Of a DNA stretch of 64,000 nucleotides, positions 9,238 through 20,079 are shown piece after piece; position 1 is the stretch's first letter, and each line of letters begins with the position of its first letter. The notes below the pieces were generated by a model that had not been told where the DNA came from, made no database searches, and saw only the letters and a list, made by a program, of their open reading frames with translations. The stretch spans positions 64,001 through 128,000 of the forward strand of contig CAWAXX010000018.1 in NCBI GenBank assembly GCA_963786105.1, read 5' to 3'. The position numbers and the translations under genes are program-made. The stretch comes from Vulcanimicrobiota bacterium (lineage in GTDB: Bacteria > Vulcanimicrobiota > Vulcanimicrobiia > Vulcanimicrobiales > Vulcanimicrobiaceae).

Positions 9238-10328
9238 AGCAAGCGTTCCTGAACCGAAGCTCGGACCGCTATGCCGAGATGACGATATGCCTCCGGAGTG
9301 GCGCGGCGGCCGGATGCCGTTCGGGTCACGAAACCCTGCTTGAGCAGGTACGGCTCGACGACGTCCTCCAGCGTTTCAGCATCTTCGGTGAGCGTCGCCG
9401 CAATCGCGCCGATGCCGGCCGGTCCTCCGCGATACTGCTCGACGATCGTTCGCAAAAACGCGCGGTCCAAGCGGTCCAAACCAAGTTCGTCGACGCCTTC
9501 GCGCTGCAAGGCTTCCTCGGCCACTTCGGCCGTGATGCGACCGCCGGCGCGCACTTCCGCAAAGTCACGCACGCGGCGCAGCAACCGGTTGGCGATGCGC
9601 GGCGTTCCGCGGCTGCGACGCGCGATCGTCGCCGCGCCGGTATCGTCGATCGGCACGGCCAGCACGCCGGCCGAACGGTGAAGAATTCGCTCCAGCTCTT
9701 CGGGCCCGTAGTAATCCAAGTGATGCACGATGCCGAACCGTTCGCGCAACGGGGCCGTCAACATCCCGGCGCGCGTCGTCGCGCCAACCAGCGTAAAGCG
9801 TTTGAGCGGCAACTTCAGCGTCTTTGCATAGGCGCCGCGATCGACAACGAAGTCGATTTGAAAATCCTCCATCGCGGGATAGAGAAACTCTTCGACGACG
9901 CGGCCCAGGCGGTGGATCTCATCCACGAAAAATACGTCGCCTTCCTCGAGCGCGGTGAGAATCCCGACCAGATCCTTCGGTTTCTCGAGCGTAGGGCCAC
10001 TCGTTGGGCGAAAATTCGCACCTAACTCGCGCGCAATCAGTCCGGCCAGCGTGGTCTTTCCAAGGCCGGGCGGACCGTAGAAAAGCACGTGCTCGAGGGG
10101 TTCCCCGCGACGACGAGCGGCATCGATGGAGATGCGAAGGTTTTCGACGACCGTTTCCTGACCGACGTAGTCCTCGAAAGTGCGCGGCCGCAGGCTCGCA
10201 CCGTAAACCTCGTCCTCGAGCGTATCCTGCGGGTCGACGACGCGATCGGGCACGTCGAACCCGGTGCCCGGCGCATCGCGAACGTCGTCCGGACCGAGCA
10301 GACGCTTGCGCGCGTTGCCTTCGCTCAT
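9234..10328 (-). CDS. ruvB: Holliday junction branch migration helicase RuvB
   Basis: LRPRTFEDYVGQ, GPPGLGKTT, DEIHR, SRGTPRIANRLLRRVRD. Confidence 0.98.
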   Translation of the reverse strand: MSEGNARKRLLGPDDVRDAPGTGFDVPDRVVDPQDTLEDEVYGASLRPRTFEDYVGQETVVENLRISIDAARRRGEPLEHVLFYGPPGLGKTTLAGLIARELGANFRPTSGPTLEKPKDLVGILTALEEGDVFFVDEIHRLGRVVEEFLYPAMEDFQIDFVVDRGAYAKTLKLPLKRFTLVGATTRAGMLTAPLRERFGIVHHLDYYGPEELERILHRSAGVLAVPIDDTGAATIARRSRGTPRIANRLLRRVRDFAEVRAGGRITAEVAEEALQREGVDELGLDRLDRAFLRTIVEQYRGGPAGIGAIAATLTEDAETLEDVVEPYLLKQGFVTRTASGRRATPEAYRHLGIAVRASVQERLL

Positions 10329-10954
10329 ACGCGTTCCTTCGACGCTTTGCGGCGGTAAATCTCCGCCAGCAGCCGTTCGGCATCGCCGATCTGTGGATCG
10401 GCTTCGAGCGTTTCGCGAATCATCGCCTCGGCTTCGGCGCGCTTGTACTCGAGTTGCAGTAACACGGCCATCGCCTCGGCGGCGAAATCCGGAATAACGG
10501 TGACCGGAACGGGCGGTGCGTCCTTGATCAGTAAGAACTTCGCGACCTTGCCCTGCAGCTTGGCAACGATGTCGCGAGCCTTCTGCTGGCCGATGCCCGG
10601 CAGCGTTTTTAAATACGCGTGGTCGCCGCGGTCGATGGCCCGCGCAATGGCCGACATCGGCTGCGAAAACGCGCGCGCAGCCGAGCGCGGACCGATCGAC
10701 GCCACCGTGATGAGCGCTTCGAAGAATTCGCGCTCGATCGCATTCGTGAATCCGTAGTACGTGAACCGGCCGCTGTTGCCGTCCATGTTGAGCACGGCAT
10801 AGATTTCGAGTGCGACCGGAAGACCCGGCTCGGCCGGGATCTTGTCGGCGACGCAGGGTGGGAGCACGATTTCATAGCCCAGCCCCCCCGACTCGACGAT
10901 CGCCGCCTCGCCGGCGCGTTCGACCAGCGAACCGTGAATGCGGGAAAACGACAC
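10325..10954 (-). CDS. ruvA: Holliday junction DNA-binding protein RuvA
   Basis: GGLGYEI, YGF...ERE.F..L..V..IGP, LPGIG.QKA; lies between ruvC and ruvB. Confidence 0.93.
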   Translation of the reverse strand: MSFSRIHGSLVERAGEAAIVESGGLGYEIVLPPCVADKIPAEPGLPVALEIYAVLNMDGNSGRFTYYGFTNAIEREFFEALITVASIGPRSAARAFSQPMSAIARAIDRGDHAYLKTLPGIGQQKARDIVAKLQGKVAKFLLIKDAPPVPVTVIPDFAAEAMAVLLQLEYKRAEAEAMIRETLEADPQIGDAERLLAEIYRRKASKERV

Positions 10955-11526
10955 TAGGGGACCTCTGGCTTCCTTCGACTGCGCGCCTTCGGCGCGGAGC
11001 TCTGTCCTTCGACTGCGCTCGCTGCGCGAGCTCCGCTCAGGATAACACCAGAGCGCCCTGTCATGTTGAGAAACGCCAGCGCGAGCGCGAGCGCGTCGGA
11101 AACGTCCTCGGGTTTCGGCGCCGTACGCAGCCCGAGCAGGTGCGTCACCATGGCATTGACTTGCGCTTTCCGTGCGCTCCCGGATCCGACCAGCGCTCGC
11201 TTGACGCGTGCGTGTCCCAGGGTATATACCGCGATGCCGGCCTGAGCGGCCGCCAGGCACAGCACGCCGCGCGCGTGCGCCATCAATAGCGCCGTTCCGG
11301 GATTGCGATAGTTCGCGTACAGCTCTTCGATGACGATCGACTCCGGCTGGGTTTGCGCGATGACGTCGCTGATACCGGCGTGCAGCTCGCACAGTCGCCG
11401 CTCGAGGGTTTCGCCGGTCCGGGGCGCGACGATCCCGGCTTCGATCAGTCGCGTGCGCGAACGCACGCTCTCGATGACGCCGTAGCCGGTCGTGCGGAGC
11501 GCCGGGTCGATGCCGAGTATTCTCAT
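10954..11526 (-). CDS. ruvC: Crossover junction endodeoxyribonuclease RuvC
   Basis: ILGIDP...TGYG, HARGV, VKRALVGSGSA.KAQV, DVSDALALAL. Confidence 0.96.
   Translation of the reverse strand: MRILGIDPALRTTGYGVIESVRSRTRLIEAGIVAPRTGETLERRLCELHAGISDVIAQTQPESIVIEELYANYRNPGTALLMAHARGVLCLAAAQAGIAVYTLGHARVKRALVGSGSARKAQVNAMVTHLLGLRTAPKPEDVSDALALALAFLNMTGRSGVILSGARAASAVEGQSSAPKARSRRKPEVP
10971..11046 (-). repeat. Tandem (about 1.5 copy) REP-like element inside the ruvC 3' end
   Basis: Reverse complement gttatcctgagcgga-gctcgc-gca-gcgagc-gcagtcgaagga-cagagctcc-gcgcc-gaa-ggcgc-gcagtcgaagga. Confidence 0.85.
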
Positions 11527-11537
11527 GGCGCGTGCAG

Positions 11538-13634
11538 CTATTGTGGCGGAGCGCCGTTGACGATCAACACGACGGCGGAGCCCGGACTCAACGTTGTTCC
11601 GACAGCCGGCTCGGTGCCGACGACGCGGCCACCGGCGCCGGCGGTGGTCGTAAGGCGCGTTTGGCCCACGCCGTACCCTGCGGCGGCCAGCGTGGCTCGC
11701 GCTTTGTCGACCGCCATACCTTCGGTATCCGGAACCTCACCCGGAACCGCGAGCGTGACGGCGATTACCGATCCTTGCGCGAGTTGGGTCGCCGCCGGGG
11801 GACTCTCGGCAACGATCGTGCCGTTGTTCGCACTGAGGACTTGAAACTGGACGGCGGCTCGGAAACCGGCGGCGACGATCGCGTCGATCGCCTCTTGATA
11901 GGGTTTTCCCACGACGCCGGGGACGGTGAGCGTCGTAACCGCCGCGGAAGTCGGCTGCGCGCCGGTTTGCGCGCCGGTGCTGACGACCGCGCTCACGCCG
12001 GCACCCTTCTGAACTTGCCCGCCGGGTGCCGGGTTTTGCGAGGCGATCGTTCCAGCCGGCACCCCGGTAACCGCCGCTTGTTGCGACGTGTCGAGCCGAA
12101 CTCCCAACTTCAGTGCAATCCCTTGCGCCTTCTCCGCCGACATTCCGACGAAGTTCGGCACCAACACCGGCTCGGCACCGTTGGAGACGATCAGCGTAAT
12201 GCGGCTGGCTTGGGGCACCTGCGCTCCGGCCTTGGGCCGTTGATCGATGACGTTGTCTTTGGCGCTGGTGTCGAACTTTCTCACCAGCGTCACGGCAAAG
12301 CCCTGCGCTTGCAGCGTTCGCTGCGCATCGAGCGCGGAGTAGCCCCGCACATCGAGCAGTCCCACCAACGGTTTTCCGTTGCTGATCACCAACTCGACCA
12401 ACGAGTCGCGCGCGACCTTGCTGCTCGGGAGCGGATTCTGGCGAATTACGTGGTTCGCGGCGACGGTGTCGCTCGGACTCTTGACGAATCGTACGCGCAA
12501 CCCGGCGTTTACCACCGCCTGCTGAGCCTGCGCGTCAGTCATGTTCGTATAGTCGGCTACCGCGATGGAGGAGCTCAAACTCGGCAGCGGCCGGCCGAAC
12601 AGGTAATATCCGACCGCGGTAGCTGCGAGCAAGAAGGCCGCCAACAACACCCACATCCACGGCCCACGGCGCGTGCGTTCGTCATCGCGTTCGTCGGCCG
12701 GTGCGAACGGACGATCGGGCAGCGGCGACCGGCGTGGCGGCAGTGCTCGGGTCGAGCGAAACGTTTGGGTCGGTGCGTCGTCAGCCAAACGGTAACCCGC
12801 CACACTTGGCCGCTCGCGCGCTTCGCGCAGCGCGGTGGCGAGCTCGCTCGCCGACGCAAACCGGTTTTCCGGGCCCTTCTGCAACAACTTGTTAACGATG
12901 GCGGCCAGCGCCGGGCTAACACCCAGGCCGCGCGTGTCGATGACCGGCACCGGGTCGCCGATGTGTTTGAGCGCGACCGTCACCGGCGACTCCCCCGCAA
13001 AGGGCAGTCTCCCGGTGAGCATCTGGTACAGCACGATGCCCAGGCTGTAGAGATCCGAGCTTTCGTGAAGCTCGTGGCCTTGCGCTTGTTCGGGCGAGAT
13101 GTAGTACACGCTGCCCATGACGAGTCCCGGTTTCGTAAGCGTCATGGTATGCGCCGACACGGCGCGCGCGATGCCGAAGTCCGAAAGCTTGACCACGTCG
13201 TCCTTGGTGACCAAAATGTTCGCGGGCTTGATGTCGCGGTGCAGCAAACCGGTGCGGTGCGCGTAAGCCAAGCCGCTTGCGATCTGGGCGGCGTAGTCGA
13301 GCGCGACCGGCTCCGGCAGCTTGCCGTCGGCCGCGATGATCTCGGCGAGCGACGGTCCGTCGACCAGCTCCATCACGATGAAGTAGGTGTCGCCCTCGCG
13401 CCCGACGTCGTACGTATTGACGATGTTTGGGTGCGAAAGACGCGCCGCCGACTCGGCTTCCTGATAGAAGCGCCGGACGAACTCCTGGTCGGCCGCATAT
13501 TGCTCCCGCAACACCTTGATCGCAACGCGCCGGCGCAGCACCGTGTCGGTGCCGCAGTACACGGTCGCCATGCCCCCTTCGCCGAGTTTGCTGTCGAGGC
13601 GGTAACGGTTGTTAAAAATCCGTTCGTCGATCAA
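11538..13634 (-). CDS. pknB: Stk1/PknB-family Ser/Thr kinase with PASTA repeats
   Basis: LGEGGMATVY, HRDIKPANIL, DFGIARA, YISPEQAQG, a TM helix and several PASTA repeats; TTG start overlaps the PBP stop. Confidence 0.96.
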   Translation of the reverse strand: MIDERIFNNRYRLDSKLGEGGMATVYCGTDTVLRRRVAIKVLREQYAADQEFVRRFYQEAESAARLSHPNIVNTYDVGREGDTYFIVMELVDGPSLAEIIAADGKLPEPVALDYAAQIASGLAYAHRTGLLHRDIKPANILVTKDDVVKLSDFGIARAVSAHTMTLTKPGLVMGSVYYISPEQAQGHELHESSDLYSLGIVLYQMLTGRLPFAGESPVTVALKHIGDPVPVIDTRGLGVSPALAAIVNKLLQKGPENRFASASELATALREARERPSVAGYRLADDAPTQTFRSTRALPPRRSPLPDRPFAPADERDDERTRRGPWMWVLLAAFLLAATAVGYYLFGRPLPSLSSSIAVADYTNMTDAQAQQAVVNAGLRVRFVKSPSDTVAANHVIRQNPLPSSKVARDSLVELVISNGKPLVGLLDVRGYSALDAQRTLQAQGFAVTLVRKFDTSAKDNVIDQRPKAGAQVPQASRITLIVSNGAEPVLVPNFVGMSAEKAQGIALKLGVRLDTSQQAAVTGVPAGTIASQNPAPGGQVQKGAGVSAVVSTGAQTGAQPTSAAVTTLTVPGVVGKPYQEAIDAIVAAGFRAAVQFQVLSANNGTIVAESPPAATQLAQGSVIAVTLAVPGEVPDTEGMAVDKARATLAAAGYGVGQTRLTTTAGAGGRVVGTEPAVGTTLSPGSAVVLIVNGAPPQ

Positions 13635-15037
13635 CTCCCAACGTTCTCCAACGCGGTTCGCAGCACGTCGCGCGCGATCGGCGCAGCGTAGGTCGCTCCA
13701 TAACCGACGTTTTCTACGACGATCGCCACTGCGACGCGCGGCTGCTCGGCCGGCGCAAAGCAGACGAACCACGAGTGCGAGCGTCCCAGCGGATTAGTCG
13801 CGGTGCCGGTTTTGCCGGCAACCGTAACGTGCGGCAGTTTTGCCGGCGTCCCCGTTCCGCGTTCCACGACGGCGATCATCATCTGCGTAACGTTCGCGGC
13901 GGCTTGCGCCGATACCGGGTTAGCCAACGCGCTGGAGGAATAGACGCTTGCCGGCGTGCCGTTGCGAACGACCTGGCGCACGATGAACGGCCGCGGCTCG
14001 ACCCCGGCGTTGGCCACCGTTGCTCCGATCAAGCCCATCTGCAGCGGCGTCACGAGCAGCGCACCCTGGCCGAAGCCCATCTGCGCGAGTTCGCCCGGGA
14101 CGATGCCGGCCTGCGGCGGCACGGCCGCTCGCTGGGCCGGGAGCTGGAAATCCAGCGAGTCGCCGATGGCGAAGCGCTGGAGATATTGGTAGAAGCCGTC
14201 GACGCCAAGCTTCAGCGCGATCTGTGCGAAATCGACGTTGCTCGAAAGTGCGAATGCGGTCGTGAGATTCTGATAGCCGGTCGCTTCGCTCTCGTTATCG
14301 TGCAGCGTATAGTTTCCGATCACCAGATATCCCGGATCCTCGAAGTGCGAATCCATGGTAACCGTACCGTTGTCCAGCGCCGCCGACGCCGTAAAGATTT
14401 TGAATGTCGACCCGGGCGGATAGAGACCGTCCAGGGCACGATTGAGCAGCGGGCTGTGCGGGTCGGTCGTGAGCGAGGCAAACTCGGCGTCGACGTCGTT
14501 GGGATCGTAACTCGGGACGCTGGCGACGGCCAGCACGGCGCCGCTGCGCGGATCGAGCACGACACCAGCCGCACGCGGGTACTGCGAGAGCATGGCGTAG
14601 AGTTGCTGCTGTATAGCCGGAACGATGGTGGTGACGACGTCGGCGCCACGCGAGATTAGCGACTCACCGCGCAAGGCCGCGCGAATCTCGGCGGCTTGGG
14701 CGACTGGGTCGCCGGTCGTATCGGGCGGCGTGAGTGCCCGGTCGAACGCGTCTTCGATGCCGCTGGTTCCGAACCGCACCGATACGTAACCGACCGTTTG
14801 TGCCAGTGCCGCCCCCATTGGATACGCGCGCGATCCGCCCGCGCTCTGCGCGAGCACGGTACCGTCGGTCGCTAGAATGCGGCCCCGGTACGCGTCGAGC
14901 AAGGCGTGCCGCGGATTGCCCGGCTTAGCGGCGATCGCGGCGGCGCCGATGACCTGCACGTAGACTTGGCGCGCCGCCAGCGCCAAAAAAAGCAGGACGA
15001 AGATCGTCGCCAAACCCCGGATCGTGCGATTGGTCAC
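13631..15037 (-). CDS. Class B penicillin-binding protein (PbpA-like)
   Basis: PPGSTFK (SxxK), SSN, KTGT; adjacent to pknB. Confidence 0.93.
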   Translation of the reverse strand: MTNRTIRGLATIFVLLFLALAARQVYVQVIGAAAIAAKPGNPRHALLDAYRGRILATDGTVLAQSAGGSRAYPMGAALAQTVGYVSVRFGTSGIEDAFDRALTPPDTTGDPVAQAAEIRAALRGESLISRGADVVTTIVPAIQQQLYAMLSQYPRAAGVVLDPRSGAVLAVASVPSYDPNDVDAEFASLTTDPHSPLLNRALDGLYPPGSTFKIFTASAALDNGTVTMDSHFEDPGYLVIGNYTLHDNESEATGYQNLTTAFALSSNVDFAQIALKLGVDGFYQYLQRFAIGDSLDFQLPAQRAAVPPQAGIVPGELAQMGFGQGALLVTPLQMGLIGATVANAGVEPRPFIVRQVVRNGTPASVYSSSALANPVSAQAAANVTQMMIAVVERGTGTPAKLPHVTVAGKTGTATNPLGRSHSWFVCFAPAEQPRVAVAIVVENVGYGATYAAPIARDVLRTALENVGS

Positions 15038-15741
15038 GTCGCGTCGCTCTTTTCCCGTAAGACCGTGTAGCCTCCGTCGGTCCGCACCGCGAGGTGCGAA
15101 CGCCCCGAGTCCGCGTCGAGCAAGACGTTAATGGTGGAACGGGCCGTGTTTTCGTCAACCGCATTGACGGCTAGCACGACTTCCACCCCGCTTTCGTGCA
15201 GCAACGGGGGCGCGACGTATGCGGCCGACGGCAGCGTTGCGAAGTGGCGTTGCTCGTAGGCACCGTTGCGCCACGGACCACGGCGGCCGAACACTTGGGC
15301 GTGATAATCCCACGCACACAGCTGCTTCTCTTTCCAAACGAACTCGTCGCGCACGCACAAGCGCCGGCAGGCGGCGCACTGCACGACCGGGGCCGGCGCG
15401 TGTGCGAGCGCATCGGCGATCTCCTCGGGAAGGTCTTCGATGTTGAGCACGCTCTCTTCGCTGACGGACTGCGGAAGCGGCGCCTGCCAACCGATACGGG
15501 CCAGCAGCTCGATGTCGCGCATCGGTGCGATGAATGCGCGCTCGTCCTCCGGCGGAAAGGTACGGTCGATCCAGTCGAGCAGTCCGGCGAGCGCGATGCC
15601 GGCGTTCTGCCAAGCGTCGCCGATCACGACTCCGGCGGGCGTCCACGCAACGGGAATTAGGCGCGCGGTGATCGCGCCGCCTTCGGTGACGAAGCTGTTG
15701 ACCACCGCCAGGGTGCTGGCGTTACCGCCTAGCGCGAACAC
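15034..15741 (-). CDS. Hypothetical protein with Cys cluster (possible Zn site)
   Basis: Fills the gap between carB and the PBP gene, with a GTGA overlap; CAACRRLC..LCAWDYH; start uncertain. Confidence 0.75.
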   Translation of the reverse strand: MFALGGNASTLAVVNSFVTEGGAITARLIPVAWTPAGVVIGDAWQNAGIALAGLLDWIDRTFPPEDERAFIAPMRDIELLARIGWQAPLPQSVSEESVLNIEDLPEEIADALAHAPAPVVQCAACRRLCVRDEFVWKEKQLCAWDYHAQVFGRRGPWRNGAYEQRHFATLPSAAYVAPPLLHESGVEVVLAVNAVDENTARSTINVLLDADSGRSHLAVRTDGGYTVLREKSDAT

Positions 15742-15767
15742 CCGCGGCGTTTCGCGTAAATCGACGG

Positions 15768-18700
15768 CTAGGAGCCGATCGTCGCTTGCGCGGAGCGGTA
15801 CTCTTGGAGGCTCCGAGGCGGCCCCGCCGTGCTTGCGAGCGCCTCCGCCAGCGCTCGCGCCGTATCCAGACTGGTCAAACACGCAATACCCGCTTCGACC
15901 GCCGTGCGTCGAATCTTGTAGTTGTCGGAGATTTCGCGCGTCCCTTTGGCATCGTTGATGACCAAGTCGACGCTGCGCGAAGCGATGAGATCGATGACGT
16001 GAGGGGACCCATCGGCAATTTTGTTGACCGCCTGCGTCGGTATTCCCGAGGCTTGCAGCACGGCGCGCGTTCCCGGCGTCGCGACCAGCGTGTGCCCCAG
16101 CTCCGCGTAGCACCGCAGAATCGGCACCGACTCGCGTTTCTCCTCGTCGGCGATCGAGACGAGAATTCGTCCGCCGCTTCCCGGCAACCGCACGCCCGCG
16201 GCCACGAAGCCTTTGCGCAGCGCGCCCGCGAAGGTGGTATCGATACCGAGGACTTCGCCGGTCGACTTCATCTCCGGGCCGAGAATCGTTTCGACGCCGC
16301 GCATCTTCGAGAATGAGAAGACGGGAACTTTCACGACGACGTAGGGAACGTGCGGATGGATTCCCGTCCCGTATTCCATATCGCGGAGCTTTTCGCCGAG
16401 CGCGATGCGAGTGGCCGCGGCGACGATGTTGATACCGGTAGCCTTCTGAATGATCGGCACCGTGCGGCTCGCGCGCGGATTGGCTTCGATGATGTACAGC
16501 TGTCCGTCGTGCACGACGAACTGCATGTTGATCAGCCCGCGGATGCGGAGCTCGCGTGCGATCGCGTGCGTAACGCCGGCGATGCGCTGCTCCATCGCGG
16601 CGTCGATGGTCTGCGGCGGATAGACGCCGATCGAATCGCCCGAATGAATTCCCGCGCGCTCGACGTGCTCGAAGATCCCGGGGATCATGATGTCGTCCCC
16701 GTCGAACACCGCATCGACTTCGATTTCCAATCCGCGCAAATACTTGTCAACAAGCAGGGGCGCGTCGTCGAGAATCGGAGGTGCCGACTCCGCGTACGAC
16801 GCCAGCTGGCCCTCGTTATAGACGATCTCCATCGCGCGCCCGCCCAACACGAACGACGGACGAACCAGCACCGGGAAGCCGAGTTCGCGAGCGATGGCAC
16901 GCGCCTCGCGGAAGCTGCGCGCCGCCTTGCCTTGCGGACGCGCCACGCCCAGGCGCGCCAACGCCGCATCGAACTGCTCGCGATTTTCGGCCATGTCCAG
17001 CGAACTGCGATCGCTGCCGACGATCGGCACGCCGCGCGCGCTCAACTCTCCCGCAAGATTGATGGCGGTCTGGCCGCCGAAGGCGAGCATCACGCCGCGT
17101 GCGTGCGTCGCGCGATACGCGGCTTCGACCTCGTCGGCGCCTGGAGGCTCGAAAACGAGCACGTCGGAGACGTCGAAATCCGTCGAAACGGTCTCCGGAT
17201 TGTTGTTGACGACCACCGGGGACTTACCGGCGGCCTTGAGCGCCCAGGCCGCGTGCACGCAGCTGTAGTCGAACTCGATCCCTTGCCCGATTCGAATCGG
17301 GCCGCTGCCGACCACCACCACCGCCTCGTGAGGGGTCGGCCGCATTTCGTCGGCTTCGCCTCGCGAAAGGTAGTAGTACGGCGATTTCGCCGGAAACTCC
17401 GCGGCCGCGGTATCGACCATCCGAAAGGCCGGTTGCGGCCCGGTTGCCGCTCGAGCGCCGTCGCCGAACGCGCGCGTACCATATCCCCATTCGAGCGCTT
17501 GGGCGTAGTCGGCATCGTTCGGATGAGCGCGCAGACGCTCTTCCAACTCGACCATATCGGCCAGTTCGTCGAGCCAGAAGCGATCGATCGCGCTCGACTC
17601 GTGGATTCGATCGATGGCGGCTCGGCGTTCGTTGGACAGGTCGAGCGTGCCCGGATATAGCGCTCGCCTGAGCAGCTCGCAAACGGCGAAAATGCGCTCG
17701 TTGGTGGGGCGAGCAACGATTGCTTCGAGTTCCGCTTGGCTCCATTGCGTGAATGCCCCGGTAAGCGTCTCGCGCTTGAGGTCGAGACCGCGTACGGCTT
17801 TGAGCAGCGCTGCCCGGAACGTGCGCCCGATACCCATCGCCTCGCCGGTCGATTTCATCTGCGTGCCTAAGTGCGTGTCCGCGATCGGGAACTTGTCGAA
17901 CGGCCAACGGGGAATTTTTACGACGACGTAGTCGAGCGTCGGCTCGTACGCGGCTTTGGTGACGCCGGTAACCGGGTTGGGAATGCGGTCGAGAGTTTGA
18001 CCGAGCGCGATTCGCGTCGAGATCTTCGCGATTGGATACCCAGTGGCTTTCGAGGCGAGCGCGGAGCTCCGCGACACCCGCGGGTTCACTTCGATGATAG
18101 CGTATTCGCTGCGTTCGGGATGCAGCGCGAACTGAATGTTGCATCCACCCTGAACTTCGAGCGCGCGGACGACGTTGATGCTGGCGGTACGCAACATCTG
18201 ATATTCGACATCGGAAAGGGTCTGCGACGGAGCGACGACGATCGAGTCGCCGGTGTGCACGCCGACGGGATCGAGATTTTCCATGTTGCAGACGGTGATG
18301 CAGTTGCCGGCCGCGTCGCGCAGGACTTCGTATTCGATCTCTTTCCAACCGAGTAGCGACGTTTCCAGGAGGACCTGCCCGATCAGACTGGCGGCGAGAC
18401 CGGCATCCAGCGTCTCACGCAGCTCGCGCTCGTCGTAGGCTATGCCGCCCCCTGTGCCGCCAAGCGTGTACGCCGGCCGGACGACGAGCGGGAAGCCGGT
18501 TTTGCGCGCGAACGCCATGCCTTGCTCGATTTGGGTGACGATGGCGCTCTCGGGGACGGGTTCCCCGATCTCCTGCATTTTGCGTTTGAAGCGGTCGCGA
18601 TCTTCGGCGAGCTTGATCGTCTCTACCGGAGTGCCGAGCAACTCGATGCCGTATCGTTCGAGAACTCCGGCTTCGTGAAGTTCCACCGCGAGATTCAGTC

Positions 18701-18971
18701 CGGTTTGACCGCCGAGCGTCGGCAGGAGCGCGTCGGGTCGCTCGCGCGCGATGATTTGTTCCACCGAGGCTACCGTCAACGGCTCGAGGTAGACCGCATC
18801 GGCCACCTCAGGATCGGTCATGATGGTTGCAGGGTTCGAGTTGACGAGAACGGCGCGATGGCCTTCTTCGCGCAACGCGCGGCACGCCTGAACCCCGGCG
18901 TAGTCGAACTCGGCAGCCTGACCGATGACGATCGGTCCCGAACCGATGACCATCACGTTCCGGCGGGGCAT
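15768..18971 (-). CDS. carB: Carbamoyl-phosphate synthase large subunit
   Basis: [18 protein letters not shown], duplicated ATP-grasp halves, C-terminal MGS domain. Confidence 0.98.
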   Translation of the reverse strand: MPRRNVMVIGSGPIVIGQAAEFDYAGVQACRALREEGHRAVLVNSNPATIMTDPEVADAVYLEPLTVASVEQIIARERPDALLPTLGGQTGLNLAVELHEAGVLERYGIELLGTPVETIKLAEDRDRFKRKMQEIGEPVPESAIVTQIEQGMAFARKTGFPLVVRPAYTLGGTGGGIAYDERELRETLDAGLAASLIGQVLLETSLLGWKEIEYEVLRDAAGNCITVCNMENLDPVGVHTGDSIVVAPSQTLSDVEYQMLRTASINVVRALEVQGGCNIQFALHPERSEYAIIEVNPRVSRSSALASKATGYPIAKISTRIALGQTLDRIPNPVTGVTKAAYEPTLDYVVVKIPRWPFDKFPIADTHLGTQMKSTGEAMGIGRTFRAALLKAVRGLDLKRETLTGAFTQWSQAELEAIVARPTNERIFAVCELLRRALYPGTLDLSNERRAAIDRIHESSAIDRFWLDELADMVELEERLRAHPNDADYAQALEWGYGTRAFGDGARAATGPQPAFRMVDTAAAEFPAKSPYYYLSRGEADEMRPTPHEAVVVVGSGPIRIGQGIEFDYSCVHAAWALKAAGKSPVVVNNNPETVSTDFDVSDVLVFEPPGADEVEAAYRATHARGVMLAFGGQTAINLAGELSARGVPIVGSDRSSLDMAENREQFDAALARLGVARPQGKAARSFREARAIARELGFPVLVRPSFVLGGRAMEIVYNEGQLASYAESAPPILDDAPLLVDKYLRGLEIEVDAVFDGDDIMIPGIFEHVERAGIHSGDSIGVYPPQTIDAAMEQRIAGVTHAIARELRIRGLINMQFVVHDGQLYIIEANPRASRTVPIIQKATGINIVAAATRIALGEKLRDMEYGTGIHPHVPYVVVKVPVFSFSKMRGVETILGPEMKSTGEVLGIDTTFAGALRKGFVAAGVRLPGSGGRILVSIADEEKRESVPILRCYAELGHTLVATPGTRAVLQASGIPTQAVNKIADGSPHVIDLIASRSVDLVINDAKGTREISDNYKIRRTAVEAGIACLTSLDTARALAEALASTAGPPRSLQEYRSAQATIGS

Positions 18972-19029
18972 GCTCGGGCCGCTCTATTGGCCTGTGCAAG
19001 CCCGGAGTCCTGGAAAGCGTGGAGTACCG

Positions 19030-19620
19030 TTAGGGTTGGAGTCTCGACACGTCCCAACCGGCACCGTCGCGAACGTACTCAAAACGATCGTGCATCCGAT
19101 TGGGACGGCCCTGCCAGAACTCGAAACGCGACGGCTTCAGGAGATATCCACCCCACGAATGCGGTCTCGGCACGGCGTCGCCGGCAAAGCGCTGATCGAA
19201 ATGTGCGAACCGATCTTCTAGTACCTCACGCGCCTCGACCGGCTCGCTCTGTTCCGAGGCCCAAGCGGCGAGCTGATGGCCGCGCGGTCGCGACGCGAAA
19301 TATTCGTCGGATTCGTCCTCCGAAAGCATCTCCGCGATGCCCTCGACGCGCACCTGACGCGCGAGCGGCGGCCAATGGAACAGCGCCGCCGCATTCGGGT
19401 TCTCCGCAAGCTCTCGGCCTTTGCGGCTGAAGTACGACGTGTAGAATCGCAGTCCGCGGTCGTCGAGTCCGCGCAGCAAGACGATGCGCGCCGACGGGCC
19501 TCCGGCGGAGTTCGCCGTCGCCAGGCTCATGCTCGTGGGCTCCTTGATCCCGGATTCGGTGGCGTCGTCGATCCAGCGTTGCAACCGGCGGATGGGATCG
19601 GCGTCGAGCGATACCTGCAC
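19030..19620 (-). CDS. pdxH: Pyridoxamine 5'-phosphate oxidase
   Basis: PSARIVLL, SRKG.EL, WASEQS, WGGY, EFWQGRPNRMHDR. Confidence 0.97.
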   Translation of the reverse strand: MQVSLDADPIRRLQRWIDDATESGIKEPTSMSLATANSAGGPSARIVLLRGLDDRGLRFYTSYFSRKGRELAENPNAAALFHWPPLARQVRVEGIAEMLSEDESDEYFASRPRGHQLAAWASEQSEPVEAREVLEDRFAHFDQRFAGDAVPRPHSWGGYLLKPSRFEFWQGRPNRMHDRFEYVRDGAGWDVSRLQP

Positions 19621-19677
19621 GCGGCGGTCATGCGTGCCTCGACCCCATCCGACCTCCCTTAGCCGAATGAGGCTTGG

Positions 19678-20079
19678 CTAGCCCGAAGCGGCGTGCAACG
19701 CAGCGCGCGCGAGCGCGATTCCGGCAGCGGCCGCCGAAATTCCGAGGATCACGCTGCCCGCGCAGTACGCTAACGCGAGGCCGGCAGCGCCATCCGACAC
19801 GAGCGTCAGCACGTCGAAGCTGAAGGTTGAAAACGTCGTGAATCCGCCGAGTACGCCAACCATGACGAACGTGCCGAGCAGCGGTGAAACGCCGGTGCTG
19901 GACTGCGCGTACGCCGCGACCGCGCCGATGAGAAACGAGCCGATGACGTTAATCGCGACGGTATGCCACGGGAACCCCGGGCCAACTCGATCCACCATCC
20001 AGATCGTCACGGCGTAGCGAAGCATCGAGCCGACGGCTCCGCCCGCTCCGACGGCCAGGAACGCCAGCAACGGCCTCAC
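19678..20079 (-). CDS. crcB: Fluoride efflux channel Fluc
   Basis: GGAVGSMLRY, FPW.T..IN.IGSF, GVLGGFTTFSTF. Confidence 0.96.
   Translation of the reverse strand: MRPLLAFLAVGAGGAVGSMLRYAVTIWMVDRVGPGFPWHTVAINVIGSFLIGAVAAYAQSSTGVSPLLGTFVMVGVLGGFTTFSTFSFDVLTLVSDGAAGLALAYCAGSVILGISAAAAGIALARAALHAASG

Noticed and set aside
11532..13691. 719-aa plus-strand ORF
   Set aside because: Antisense shadow of pknB caused by high-GC codon bias; Arg-rich with no motifs
16350..17660. 436-aa plus-strand ORF
   Set aside because: Antisense to carB with no recognisable domain
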